DNA of 64,000 nucleotides from Minisyncoccota bacterium. GTDB lineage: Bacteria > Patescibacteriota > Minisyncoccia > Phycocordibacterales > JABAAK01. Under the pieces are notes generated by a model. That model saw only the letters and a list, made by a program, of their open reading frames with translations, was not told the DNA's origin and ran no database searches. The stretch lies in NCBI GenBank assembly GCA_965222235.1, contig OZ244939.1, positions 7,924 to 71,923 on the forward strand. The letters are read 5' to 3'. Position numbers and translations under genes: made by a program. This document shows, piece after piece, positions 34,631 to 43,934 of the stretch; the stretch's first letter is position 1; the number at the start of each line of letters is the position of its first letter.

Positions 34631-36283
34631 ATGTGTTCTTTTTCTTTTTGCGGGAAAGCGGCTGTCGGAGTTCTCGTTGTCGCTCTGGCGGCATCATTTC
34701 TTTCTCCGGTATCCGCTGTGGAGTGTTTCACTGATTTGGGTGAGAGCAAAAACACGCTCAAAAAGGCATTGGAAACATGTCAGGAACAGATTGATAAAAC
34801 TGAAAAAGTCCTGCAGGAGCAGCAGGCGGTCAGAACGAACACCGAATACGATATTCTTCTCATTGAGCAGGAAATTAACAAGGCCCTACTTCGCATCCGT
34901 TCCAGCGACACAATCATCAGGGATTTAGACGAGGATATTACCGTGAAAGGAGCGACAGTTTCTGATCTGAATGAAAAATTAAAAAGCCGGCGCAAATTCC
35001 TTTCCGAGGTGCATCAGAGGATAAACGAAGCTGAGCAGAGAGGATTTCTTAATCTGCTGATTTCAGATGTGACGGTTTCAGCATTCGTTTCCGGCATAAA
35101 TGAATATATGACCCTGCATAAGACATTAGGAAATTCTATACGCAATATAAACAGCATCAGGCAGCGCCTTATCTCAACGGTTGATGATCTTGAAGACAAA
35201 AAAGTTGAACAGGGAAGAATACGACAGGAGCGTCGGGCTACCGCAAATCAGATTAAGTCCCGGAGAGGACAGAAAAAAGAAATTCTTAATCATCAGTTAA
35301 GCTTGGAAGAAAAGACACAGGAAAAAATTGATGAGTATGAGACGCGCGCCGCGCAGATCAGAAACCGGCTGTTTGAGTTCCGTGGCGGTGCCATACCGTT
35401 TGAACAGGCATTGACTATTGCCGAAGAGGTTTCAAGAAGAACAGGATTGCGGCCCGCATTCCTGCTCGGCCTCATCAAGCACGAATCTGATTTAGGAAAA
35501 AATGTCGGTACGGGGACATACAGGAATGATATGCATCCCACGCGTGATCAGCCCATCTTTCCGTTCATAGCAAAGATGCTTGGTTTTGATCCGGATAAGC
35601 TTCGGGTTTCCGCGAATCCCGGTTTTGGGTGGGGCGGTGCTATGGGACCGGCTCAGTTTATTCCTTCAACATGGGTGTGTTACGGCGGCCTTATTAACAC
35701 AAAAACAAACACTTGTTCAATTACCAACAGCTATATTAAAACAACAAAACTTCTGGAGATCGGTAGTCGTGGCGGTGATGTGAAACGATTGCAGCAGTTT
35801 CTCAACCGGCAGGGCTTCACTGTTGCAGCAAGCGGACCGGGAAGTCCCGGGAAAGAAACAACATACTACGGTGATAATGTTGCACAGGCAGTGAGCAGGT
35901 TTCAGGAGCACTATGCGAAACGCATACTGCATCCGTACGGACGAACGAAAGGAGCAGGTGTCGTCGGACCGTTGACCAGGACATCAATCAATCAACTTTA
36001 TTTTTATTCCGGACCGTGGAAGTACCGTGCGAATAAAGATGTTATAAGGCAGTACACCAAGAATGACAGACCTTCAAACCCATGGAATCCCCGCGACGCA
36101 TTTTTTGCATCAGGAATATATTTAAAACGGCTCGGTGCGGAAAATGACGAATGCACCGCCGCACGCCGGTATTATGCCGGTGCCAATTGGCGCAAGCAGA
36201 TTGCTCTCAATTACTGCCGCGCGGTTATCTCAAACGCCCGCATTTACCAGAGAGACATTGATTATCTGAAAAAATCCGGATAG
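34631..36283 (+). CDS. Secreted coiled-coil protein with a lytic transglycosylase (SLT-like) domain and a peptidoglycan-binding domain.
   Basis: Start chosen at the ATG at 34631 (MCSFSFCGKAAVGVLVV, a signal peptide). A long coiled coil follows. The SLT motif is LLGLIKHESDLGK...GAMGPAQFIPSTW. A PG_binding_1-like segment is GSRGGDVKRLQQFLNRQGF...AQAVSRFQ. Confidence 0.75.
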   Translation: MCSFSFCGKAAVGVLVVALAASFLSPVSAVECFTDLGESKNTLKKALETCQEQIDKTEKVLQEQQAVRTNTEYDILLIEQEINKALLRIRSSDTIIRDLDEDITVKGATVSDLNEKLKSRRKFLSEVHQRINEAEQRGFLNLLISDVTVSAFVSGINEYMTLHKTLGNSIRNINSIRQRLISTVDDLEDKKVEQGRIRQERRATANQIKSRRGQKKEILNHQLSLEEKTQEKIDEYETRAAQIRNRLFEFRGGAIPFEQALTIAEEVSRRTGLRPAFLLGLIKHESDLGKNVGTGTYRNDMHPTRDQPIFPFIAKMLGFDPDKLRVSANPGFGWGGAMGPAQFIPSTWVCYGGLINTKTNTCSITNSYIKTTKLLEIGSRGGDVKRLQQFLNRQGFTVAASGPGSPGKETTYYGDNVAQAVSRFQEHYAKRILHPYGRTKGAGVVGPLTRTSINQLYFYSGPWKYRANKDVIRQYTKNDRPSNPWNPRDAFFASGIYLKRLGAENDECTAARRYYAGANWRKQIALNYCRAVISNARIYQRDIDYLKKSG

Positions 36284-36787
36284 AGGTCAGCGGCAAAACC
36301 TTTATTTTATAAATATTTTTCTTCTTTTCCACACACAGTGATCACATGCTATATTTATATCGTACTCTATATGTAGACGGGGAATGTAATACCCGGATTA
36401 AAATTAAAACGGGAAACGGGCGCATGTTCTCATACAGAGAGCCCTGCCTACCTCGCCATTTGTTCTTTCACAATTCGCATCACACAAGTTGTGCACTGTT
36501 CCTTATGTTGAGTGCGAGCACACATTCTGCACTCAATCAGTTCCACGCATATTCTGACATTGCGGTATTGCCGAAAGCACCCGCATATTCAAGTTTGTGT
36601 GGCAGTATTTTCTTCGGCGGACAACCGGCGGAGAAAACCTAAACCGGAAAAAGACATTCGGTATAAAAAATTTCTTTGGTGTACTCGTGTTATTCAACGC
36701 GACCATCTCACACAAGCCCCTCGGCTGTCCCATATAAAACCTCGGACTGCCGGGGGTTTTCTTTTTCATATTTGATATACTGACATC

Positions 36788-37621
36788 ATGAATATACCGA
36801 TCACGAAAATACGGAATGCGCTTGACAATGCAGTCGGACATTATCAAAATAACAGACGGCAGTTTCCGTGGCGTGAAACAGATGACTCATACAGGATTCT
36901 TGTTTCTGAATACATGCTGCAGCAAACACAAACAGAGCGTGTCATTGAAAAATATATATGTTTCATAAAAAGATTTCCGACCGTACAGGCACTTGCCCGT
37001 GCGGAGAGGAAGGATGTCCTTTCGGCCTGGATCGGTCTTGGATATAACAGGAGGGCGGTTGCGCTTCACAATGCGGCGAAGATGATATCGGATCGTTATG
37101 ACAACATTGTTCCGGACACGGCGGAAGATCTTCTGTGTCTGCCGGGAGTCGGCACATATACCGCAGGAGCAGTCATGGCGTTTGCGTATAACAGGGAAGT
37201 GGTTATCATTGAGACAAATATACGGACGGTCATTCTGCATCATTGTATGTCAAATGAGGACAATGTTTCTGACGGTGATATTCTGCGGCATGTTGAAAAA
37301 ATATGCATGCTTGCGAAAAGAAGGAACATTTCTCCGCGGATGTTGTATTCAATGCTTATGGATTACGGTGCACATTTGAAAAAGAACGGTATTCGTCTGA
37401 ACACGCGAAGCCGGCACTATACAAGACAGACATCCTTTTGCGGATCAGTTCGGCAGGCCCGCGGTGAACTGGTCCGACACCTTATCAACCAACGGAGCGG
37501 TATTTCAAAAAAACATGTTGAAACGATGAATATCACACACGGTAAAAAAGCACTGTCCGGATTAATTGCGGACGGTATTGTTGAGGAGAGAAAAGGGCGG
37601 TACTGTTTAACTGACCGGTAG
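36788..37621 (+). CDS. HhH-GPD superfamily DNA glycosylase, MutY/Nth-like N-terminal half, without an Fe-S cysteine cluster.
   Basis: QFPWRETDDSYRILVSEYMLQQTQTERV...WIGLGYNRRAVALHNAA matches the MutY N-terminus. The HhH motif is LPGVGTYTAGAVMAFAY. There is only one Cys in the C-terminal region, so the 4Cys [4Fe-4S] loop is absent. Confidence 0.7.
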   Translation: MNIPITKIRNALDNAVGHYQNNRRQFPWRETDDSYRILVSEYMLQQTQTERVIEKYICFIKRFPTVQALARAERKDVLSAWIGLGYNRRAVALHNAAKMISDRYDNIVPDTAEDLLCLPGVGTYTAGAVMAFAYNREVVIIETNIRTVILHHCMSNEDNVSDGDILRHVEKICMLAKRRNISPRMLYSMLMDYGAHLKKNGIRLNTRSRHYTRQTSFCGSVRQARGELVRHLINQRSGISKKHVETMNITHGKKALSGLIADGIVEERKGRYCLTDR

Positions 37622-37623
37622 GT

Positions 37624-39489
37624 TTAATTGATATACAGGACAGACATGACAATCGGCTTCTTTTTTGTCTCGGTGTACAGATAATTCTGTATCTCTCTGT
37701 TTATATTCCTTTTCAGTGTTTCAATGTTGATTGTTTTGTTCTGTTGCATTCCTCTGTCAGCCGCGCGTCTTGCGATAAATCGTACTCTGCCCAAAAGATG
37801 GTGGGATTCTTTGAGATATATAAAGCCGCGTGATATGACATCGGGAGATTTTTTCACCTTTTTTGTTTTCCGGTTAACAAGGAATATAACGACCAGAATG
37901 CCGTTTAACTGCAGTGTTTTTCGATCATTCAGCACAACACTCTGAACCGTGCCGATTGCGTTGCCGTCAACGACGGTGAGTTCGGTCGGCATCGTGTATT
38001 CCTGTTTGGTGATGATTTCCTTTTTTGGATCAATATCTATGATAGAACCGTTGTCCGGCAGGATGGTGTTTTCCTCCGGCATGCCGATACTGTGCAGTAT
38101 TTGCGTATGTGCGGACAGCATGTAGTGGTATCCGTGAATGGGTATAAAGAATGTTGCCCCGATATGCTCATGAATCCATTTGAGCTCGTCACGGTTGGCG
38201 TGTCCGCTGGAGTGGACATCGCTGGTCTGATAGGTAATCAGATTAACGCCGAGACGGGACAGCCGGTCTTTCAGATTCTGCACCGGTTCTTCATTGCCGG
38301 GAATGACCGATGAAGAAAAAACCACGGTGTCATCTTTCCCCAATTTAACATAGCGGTGCTGTTCATGGGACATGCGGTCAAGCGCGCTGAAATTATCTCC
38401 CTGGGCCCCCGTAGCGAGAATCAGCAGCTTTTCTTTCGGGTAATCTCCCATTTTTTCCGCGGGGATAATAGTGTTCATCGGTATTTTCAGCAGACCAAGC
38501 TCCGAAGCGATGGTGAGATTTGTAATCATTGACCGTCCCTGCACGATAACTTTCCTGCCGTTGTTGATGGCGTGTTCAATAACCCGTATCGTTCTCTCTA
38601 TCTGTGAAGAAAATGATGAAAGAATGATGCGGCTTCTGGTCTGATGAATAATTTTTTCGATGGTGTCAATCACTTTATGCTCCGGCAATGAAAAACCGGG
38701 CCGATCAGCGTTGGTTGAATCGGCGAGTGTCAGGAGTATATTCTTTTTTTTGAATACGGAAAATTCCTTTTCTTCTGTTTTATCCACGACACCGTCTGAA
38801 TGTGTCAGTTTCAGATCTCCCGTGTACACGATGGAGCCGGCCGGAGTGTCAATAATGATTCCCATTGAGTCGGGAATGGTATGCGTGACCGCAAAAAATG
38901 TCAGGGTAAAATTCTCCGTCAGCTTGATGACCGAAGCTCCTTCAACCTCGTGATACATAATCGGCTCCTTGCTCTCAAACTCGCCCTGTCTATTTTTAAT
39001 GAGTTCAATACTTAATTTTCGTGAGAAAACAGGCGGGTTTCCTATTTTATCCATCAGTATTGAAATGCCGCCTATGTGATCAAGGTGGGCGTGGGAGATA
39101 ACCAAGCCTCTGATTTTTTCCTTGCGTTCTTCAAGATACTGTACATTCGGCACCAGGAAATCTATGCCGGGCGTGTTGCCTTCCTCGGAAAACTTCAGGC
39201 CGCAATCAAGAAGAAGGATATCATCCTTATATTCAATGCCGTACATATTTTTTCCTATCTCTCCGACACCGCCGAATACCAATATGCGGATTGTACCCGG
39301 TTCCTGTTTCGGGATGGTAAGCGTTGATTTTGCGTCAAACCCGGTGGTTAGTTCCCGCGATCCGATAAGGCCTCCCTGCCGTCGGATTGGTTTTTGGTGG
39401 AGCCCCCGCGGGACCCTCTTCCTTTTCTCCGCGGCATCCTGTCCCGCTTCCTGTTTCTCGGCTGCGCTGTTTTTGTTCTGCTGTGTCAT
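37624..39489 (-). CDS. rnj: Ribonuclease J (metallo-beta-lactamase / beta-CASP RNase), catalytically intact copy.
   Basis: Motif II is intact (LVISHAHLDHIGG, the HxHxDH zinc ligands) and motif I Asp is present (LLDCG). The protein is 621 aa with beta-CASP and C-terminal domains. Confidence 0.9.
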   Translation of the reverse strand: MTQQNKNSAAEKQEAGQDAAEKRKRVPRGLHQKPIRRQGGLIGSRELTTGFDAKSTLTIPKQEPGTIRILVFGGVGEIGKNMYGIEYKDDILLLDCGLKFSEEGNTPGIDFLVPNVQYLEERKEKIRGLVISHAHLDHIGGISILMDKIGNPPVFSRKLSIELIKNRQGEFESKEPIMYHEVEGASVIKLTENFTLTFFAVTHTIPDSMGIIIDTPAGSIVYTGDLKLTHSDGVVDKTEEKEFSVFKKKNILLTLADSTNADRPGFSLPEHKVIDTIEKIIHQTRSRIILSSFSSQIERTIRVIEHAINNGRKVIVQGRSMITNLTIASELGLLKIPMNTIIPAEKMGDYPKEKLLILATGAQGDNFSALDRMSHEQHRYVKLGKDDTVVFSSSVIPGNEEPVQNLKDRLSRLGVNLITYQTSDVHSSGHANRDELKWIHEHIGATFFIPIHGYHYMLSAHTQILHSIGMPEENTILPDNGSIIDIDPKKEIITKQEYTMPTELTVVDGNAIGTVQSVVLNDRKTLQLNGILVVIFLVNRKTKKVKKSPDVISRGFIYLKESHHLLGRVRFIARRAADRGMQQNKTINIETLKRNINREIQNYLYTETKKKPIVMSVLYIN

Positions 39490-39492
39490 ATG

Positions 39493-41295
39493 CTATGTGA
39501 ATAGTACGGGGATAATAATCGGACGCTTATTCGTTTCGTTCATAAGAAAACTCTGTGTATCCTTCTGCACCGCTTTCTTAACGGTATCAATATCAAGCTT
39601 TCCCTGATCCTGGAGAGTCTTTTCAACTGTTTTCTTGATAACAATCCGCGTGCGGTTGATAAGGATGCGTGATTCTTTCAGATAGATGAAACCCCGGGAA
39701 AGAACATCCGGAGATTTTTTTAGGATCAGTTTTTTCTGGTCAATAAATATGACGAGAATTAGAATGCCTTCCTGGCCGAGTGTTTTTCTGTCCTGAATGA
39801 CGACATTTTGGATAAGGGTCGGCGTGTGTCCGTCCACGGATATGCCGGTTGTCGTCAGTTTCTGCTTCTGTCTTTTTATTACCTTTCCGTCGGGACTGAT
39901 GTCAATAATTGATCCGTTGTTCGGTATGACGCATGAATCCGGCGACATACCGATATCACGGAGAATATGTGTGTGAGCGGTGAGCATATAGTGATATCCC
40001 TGCACAGGGATGAAATATTTCGGATTACTGTTTTGATGAACCCAGCGAAGCTCATCCTTATAGGGGTGCTTGCTTGATTTCACATCACTAGTGTCATATG
40101 ATCGTATGATTGCACCGAGACGGGACAGACGATCTTTCAGATTTTGTACGGATCGGGCGTTGGTTTGAATAAACGGAGCGGGGAATATCACCGTATCCTC
40201 CTTCTTGATCGCGGTGTACCGATAGTCATTTTGTGAAATTTTTTCCAACACTTCGTACTCTTCATTTTCCGCTCCGGCGGTGAAGATAACGCTGTTGTCG
40301 GTATCATCGTGTCCAATCTCCTCTATCGGAATTAATGCCTCTTTCGGTACATTCAGCATGCCGCTTTCACAGGCAATCTGCAGAACGGCAAACAGGTGCG
40401 CTCCCTGTATGTATATCTTCCTTCCCATTTTCAGCACGCCCTCAAGAACGGCACTGTTTCTTTTTATTTGAGAAGGGAAGAGGGGGAGAATGGCGCGGTG
40501 CGGGGATTCCTGAATCATTTGTATGACCACCTTGGCGACCTGCTGATCATGGAGTGAGAAACCGTGCCGTTCCGCATTTACCGATCCGGCCAGGGAAAGA
40601 ATGATATCTTTTTCCCGGAGCGGCGCGAATCGCTCCTGCTCCCGGGCACTGACGACTCCTTTTTTGTTTTCAATCTGCATATTGCCGGTGTAGGCGATAC
40701 AACCGGCATCCGTTTCTATAACAACGCCGAGCACACTCGGAGCATTGTCCGTCATGCCGAAAAAGTGCAGAGTCATGTCGTCGGCAATACGCACCGATTC
40801 CGGCTGTTCAACCTCCTGTACCGTGCATGTTTTGGCGTTCCGCATCATGTTCTGGCGGCTCTCAATAATTTTTTTCGTTGCCGAACGGGCATAGACCGGA
40901 GGGTTGCCGATGTCGTGGATAATGTAGGGTATCGCCCCGGTGTGCGTCATTGAGGAGTCAGTCACCACAACGCCCCGGATGTGATTTTTTCTCTCTTTCA
41001 GGTAATCCGTGTTCGGCATGATCGTGTCAATCCCCGGAGTTGCGCTCTCGCCGAACGCCGTGCCGCACTCAAGAAGGATGATTGTGTTGTTATACTCAAC
41101 GGCGTACATATTCTTGCCGATTTCTGAGACACCGCCGAATACCATAACGCGGATTTCACCACGTCTCGCTCTGGTGATGTCAACGGGTTTCTGCTGCTGC
41201 TTATTCTCTCGCTGATGCGGTGCTGATTTCCTCTTTCCTCTGGTGTATGTTTGTGTTGTCGGCATGATGTTGATACGGCTATTGAGCGGCTGCAA
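39493..41295 (-). CDS. Ribonuclease J paralog with degenerate metal-binding motifs (probable pseudo-enzyme, RNase J2-like).
   Basis: Collinear with RNase J (same fold, IGNPPV and GYHYM conserved). Motif II reads VVVTDSSMTHTGA instead of HxHxDH, and motif I reads LLECG instead of LLDCG. A 3-nt gap separates it from the downstream intact copy. Confidence 0.8.
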   Translation of the reverse strand: MQPLNSRINIMPTTQTYTRGKRKSAPHQRENKQQQKPVDITRARRGEIRVMVFGGVSEIGKNMYAVEYNNTIILLECGTAFGESATPGIDTIMPNTDYLKERKNHIRGVVVTDSSMTHTGAIPYIIHDIGNPPVYARSATKKIIESRQNMMRNAKTCTVQEVEQPESVRIADDMTLHFFGMTDNAPSVLGVVIETDAGCIAYTGNMQIENKKGVVSAREQERFAPLREKDIILSLAGSVNAERHGFSLHDQQVAKVVIQMIQESPHRAILPLFPSQIKRNSAVLEGVLKMGRKIYIQGAHLFAVLQIACESGMLNVPKEALIPIEEIGHDDTDNSVIFTAGAENEEYEVLEKISQNDYRYTAIKKEDTVIFPAPFIQTNARSVQNLKDRLSRLGAIIRSYDTSDVKSSKHPYKDELRWVHQNSNPKYFIPVQGYHYMLTAHTHILRDIGMSPDSCVIPNNGSIIDISPDGKVIKRQKQKLTTTGISVDGHTPTLIQNVVIQDRKTLGQEGILILVIFIDQKKLILKKSPDVLSRGFIYLKESRILINRTRIVIKKTVEKTLQDQGKLDIDTVKKAVQKDTQSFLMNETNKRPIIIPVLFT

Positions 41296-43003
41296 GAAAC
41301 TTCCAGACTTTTTCTTTCTGCATATACCATGTGTGAATATTCATAAATCTGTCACTCGGCTGATGGACGCGACCCAGATGTTTCTTTTCAGCACTCACAC
41401 CGAATATATTTTCCGGCAATATATACAGAAAATACGGTGAATAAAGAAAGACAGCAGGAACACGCTTCATCATCTCTTGTTTAATATCAGTATATACTAT
41501 CTCGCGCCAATTGTCATCCCCCGTCAGGCGTTCGGGCGGCGTACCATGTTCCATCTCGGTTAACAGGGTATTGAGAATCGGACTGCCGAAACCGGTGACA
41601 GATGCGATGTTTTTCCGGTCTCCTGATTTCCACAGAGCGACCAGATCCTTCGGACGGTCCGCTTCGTATCCGTAGAGAAGCATATCAAATTGTTTTTCTT
41701 CAATGACCTGTTCCATCACCTCAGGAGGAAGCGCCCGCGCTTCAATGTCAAAACCGAGCTCCTGCCATCCTTCAATCAGGATATCGGCGGTCTGCCTCTT
41801 TTCCGGCGTATCAAGGAATACCAATGACATGCGCAGCGGAATGCCGTCCCTTTTCCGGCTGTTATGCACGTCTTCAAATATCCAGCCGATATCTTCAAGC
41901 GTCTGTTGTATTTCCTCCGGACTCACCGTTCGCTCCGCCGTTTCCGTATCGGTAGCAATTGGTGCCGCAAGCGGCGTTCCCAGTCCGCGGAAAACATCCC
42001 GAATGATGCTGTCCCGGTCAACTGATCGGGACAGAACGCTTCTGAGAAACGGGTCCTGCAGAATCCTCCCGTCCTCGGTATTGAAAAATATACCGAACAC
42101 CCGGTCAGTGTTCGCTGTGTACAGCACATCGTTGTTCTCGCTATGGGAAAGAATGGCCGCTGTTTCCGCCGCTGCGATGCTGTGCACCGCGTCAATGCGC
42201 CCCCTGCTGAATGCCTCAAGCAGCATGTCCGCGTCTGTGAAAAAATGGAATGATATTTTTTTGATATATGGTTTCCCCGGCGCATAGTCATTGAAGGCCG
42301 CAAATGTCAGCCGCAGCAGCCGCCCGTCAATGGTCAGTATCTCGTTTTCATGTCTGAACGGACCCGCCCCGACATATACGCCGGAGCCGGCGTATCGCCG
42401 CCATGTATCCTCCGGGATTTTCTGCCAAATATGTTTCGGCAGTATCGGTACGGTAAATTCTTCGGGGAATGCCAGGTTTCCCTCGGGAACTGTTATCAGC
42501 ACCGTATGCGTGTTAAGTGCTGAGATGGTGACACCCTCCCACGCATTGCGGTGCGGATTATCCTGTCCGAGACGGCGTATCATATCCGCGGTGTATAGTA
42601 CATCATCCACGTCCAATGTTGTTCCGTCATGGAAACGGGCGTTCTTGCGTATGCGGAATGTATAGGCGGCACCTTTCCGTTCCCAATGTTCGGCAAGGTT
42701 CGGAACAAGGCCTCCCGCCCTGTTATGTCGCAGCAGCCCCGCATGCAACAGCACTGCAACATCATGTTCCACCACGCTCGCAGCGAACAGCGGGTTTTTG
42801 TGTACCGGCACGCCGACAATTCCTTCGTTAATTTCTCCGGCACGCACGGAAACCTCGGCGGTCAGCCTGCCGTTTATTATATGAAGAGAGATGCCGATAT
42901 GCACGATGAGTATGATGAGCATCAGAACGACCAGGCATACATCTGAAAACGGCAGTTGTTTCAATATACCCGGATGCAGGCGGAATGAAGAAAAAGAATT
43001 CAT
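41279..43003 (-). CDS. ABC transporter substrate-binding protein, family 5 (OppA/DppA-like), membrane-anchored.
   Basis: N-terminal transmembrane anchor (VCLVVLMLIILIVHIGISL), then the SBP_bac_5-like fold (NPLFAASVVEHDVAVLLHAGLL...LVPNLAEHWE...YTFRIRKNARFHDGTTLDVDDVLYT). Its 3' end overlaps the start of the RNase J paralog by 17 nt. Confidence 0.75.
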   Translation of the reverse strand: MNSFSSFRLHPGILKQLPFSDVCLVVLMLIILIVHIGISLHIINGRLTAEVSVRAGEINEGIVGVPVHKNPLFAASVVEHDVAVLLHAGLLRHNRAGGLVPNLAEHWERKGAAYTFRIRKNARFHDGTTLDVDDVLYTADMIRRLGQDNPHRNAWEGVTISALNTHTVLITVPEGNLAFPEEFTVPILPKHIWQKIPEDTWRRYAGSGVYVGAGPFRHENEILTIDGRLLRLTFAAFNDYAPGKPYIKKISFHFFTDADMLLEAFSRGRIDAVHSIAAAETAAILSHSENNDVLYTANTDRVFGIFFNTEDGRILQDPFLRSVLSRSVDRDSIIRDVFRGLGTPLAAPIATDTETAERTVSPEEIQQTLEDIGWIFEDVHNSRKRDGIPLRMSLVFLDTPEKRQTADILIEGWQELGFDIEARALPPEVMEQVIEEKQFDMLLYGYEADRPKDLVALWKSGDRKNIASVTGFGSPILNTLLTEMEHGTPPERLTGDDNWREIVYTDIKQEMMKRVPAVFLYSPYFLYILPENIFGVSAEKKHLGRVHQPSDRFMNIHTWYMQKEKVWKFLAAAQ

Positions 43004-43069
43004 TACGTATATGTCATATGTATTGTACTGTGATATTTTTTGTCCGCCGGAGCGGTGTGAATAACAAGG

Positions 43070-43300
43070 CTATATCACCAGGGGGAGAATGATGCTTCCG
43101 ACGAATATGCAGGCGAGGACAATAGTGCCGATGAACATGATTTTTTCCGATCCACGTCGCGTCGGCGCGTCAGATTCAGAAACATCGCCGCCACCGAACG
43201 ATCCGCCGACACTTGCTTCACTTCGCACCAGTAGAATGGCGATAACAAGCAATATTGCACTCACCGCCTGCACCGATTGTATAATCATTGTAATATCCAT
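43070..43300 (-). CDS. secG: Preprotein translocase subunit SecG.
   Basis: MDITMIIQSVQAVSAILLVIAILLVRSEASVGGSFGGGD... has two transmembrane helices and the SecG glycine-rich loop (GGSFGGG). The start was chosen at the internal Met of the longer track ORF. Confidence 0.7.
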   Translation of the reverse strand: MDITMIIQSVQAVSAILLVIAILLVRSEASVGGSFGGGDVSESDAPTRRGSEKIMFIGTIVLACIFVGSIILPLVI

Positions 43301-43448
43301 TCCGTATAGTATATCACACACACAGCATACTGACGACACGGGTATTGACATTATTAATTTTATATTATTGTTTACATACAATAAATTAATAGGTCAAGAT
43401 TTTATATATAGTTTTAAGTCAAGTAATTTAATTATGTATCTTTTAGTA

Positions 43449-43477
43449 TTGCATTTCTGTCAGAATTTTTATATACT
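43449..43477 (+). promoter_or_regulatory. Candidate sigma70-type promoter upstream of groES: TTGCAT, 17-nt spacer, TATACT.
   Basis: ttgcat (43449-43454), a 17-nt spacer, then tatact (43472-43477), about 140 nt upstream of the groES ATG in an extremely AT-rich divergent intergenic region. No CIRCE (TTAGCACTC-N9-GAGTGCTAA) was seen. Confidence 0.3.
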
Positions 43478-43614
43478 ATAAACTGTTCTTTAAGGAAAAG
43501 GGATTAAGTAAAATAAAAAGATAAGTAGGGTACATAAAAGAGAAAATAAGTAATAACTAATATAAGTATAAATATAAGTCAATAACTAAATATTTATTAA
43601 AAATAATAACTAAT

Positions 43615-43908
43615 ATGAGCACACCAATCACACCGCTGGGAGACCGGGTACTTGTGGAGGAATCCGAAGCAGGAGAAGAGACCAGATCCGGCATCATTCT
43701 CCCGAAAAACCAGGAGGGCGGCGAAAGCGGCACCATCGGTACCGTCATTGCCGTCGGCGAAGGCAGGGAAACCGACAACGGCACGGTTATCAGGCCGAAG
43801 GTGGCTGTCGGTCAGAAAATTATATTCTCCTGGGGCGAGAAGGTGGAAGTGAGCGGCAAGGAATACCGCATCGTCAGTGAGGGGAGTGTGCTCGGTATTT
43901 TGAATTAA
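43615..43908 (+). CDS. groES: Co-chaperonin GroES (Cpn10).
   Basis: PLGDRVLVEESEAGEETRSGIILP...GTVIAVGEGR...G..V.VGQKIIFS.Y.G.EV. Length and motifs are typical of Cpn10. Confidence 0.95.
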   Translation: MSTPITPLGDRVLVEESEAGEETRSGIILPKNQEGGESGTIGTVIAVGEGRETDNGTVIRPKVAVGQKIIFSWGEKVEVSGKEYRIVSEGSVLGILN

Positions 43909-43934
43909 TTATTATTACATCTTCTATTTTTCAT

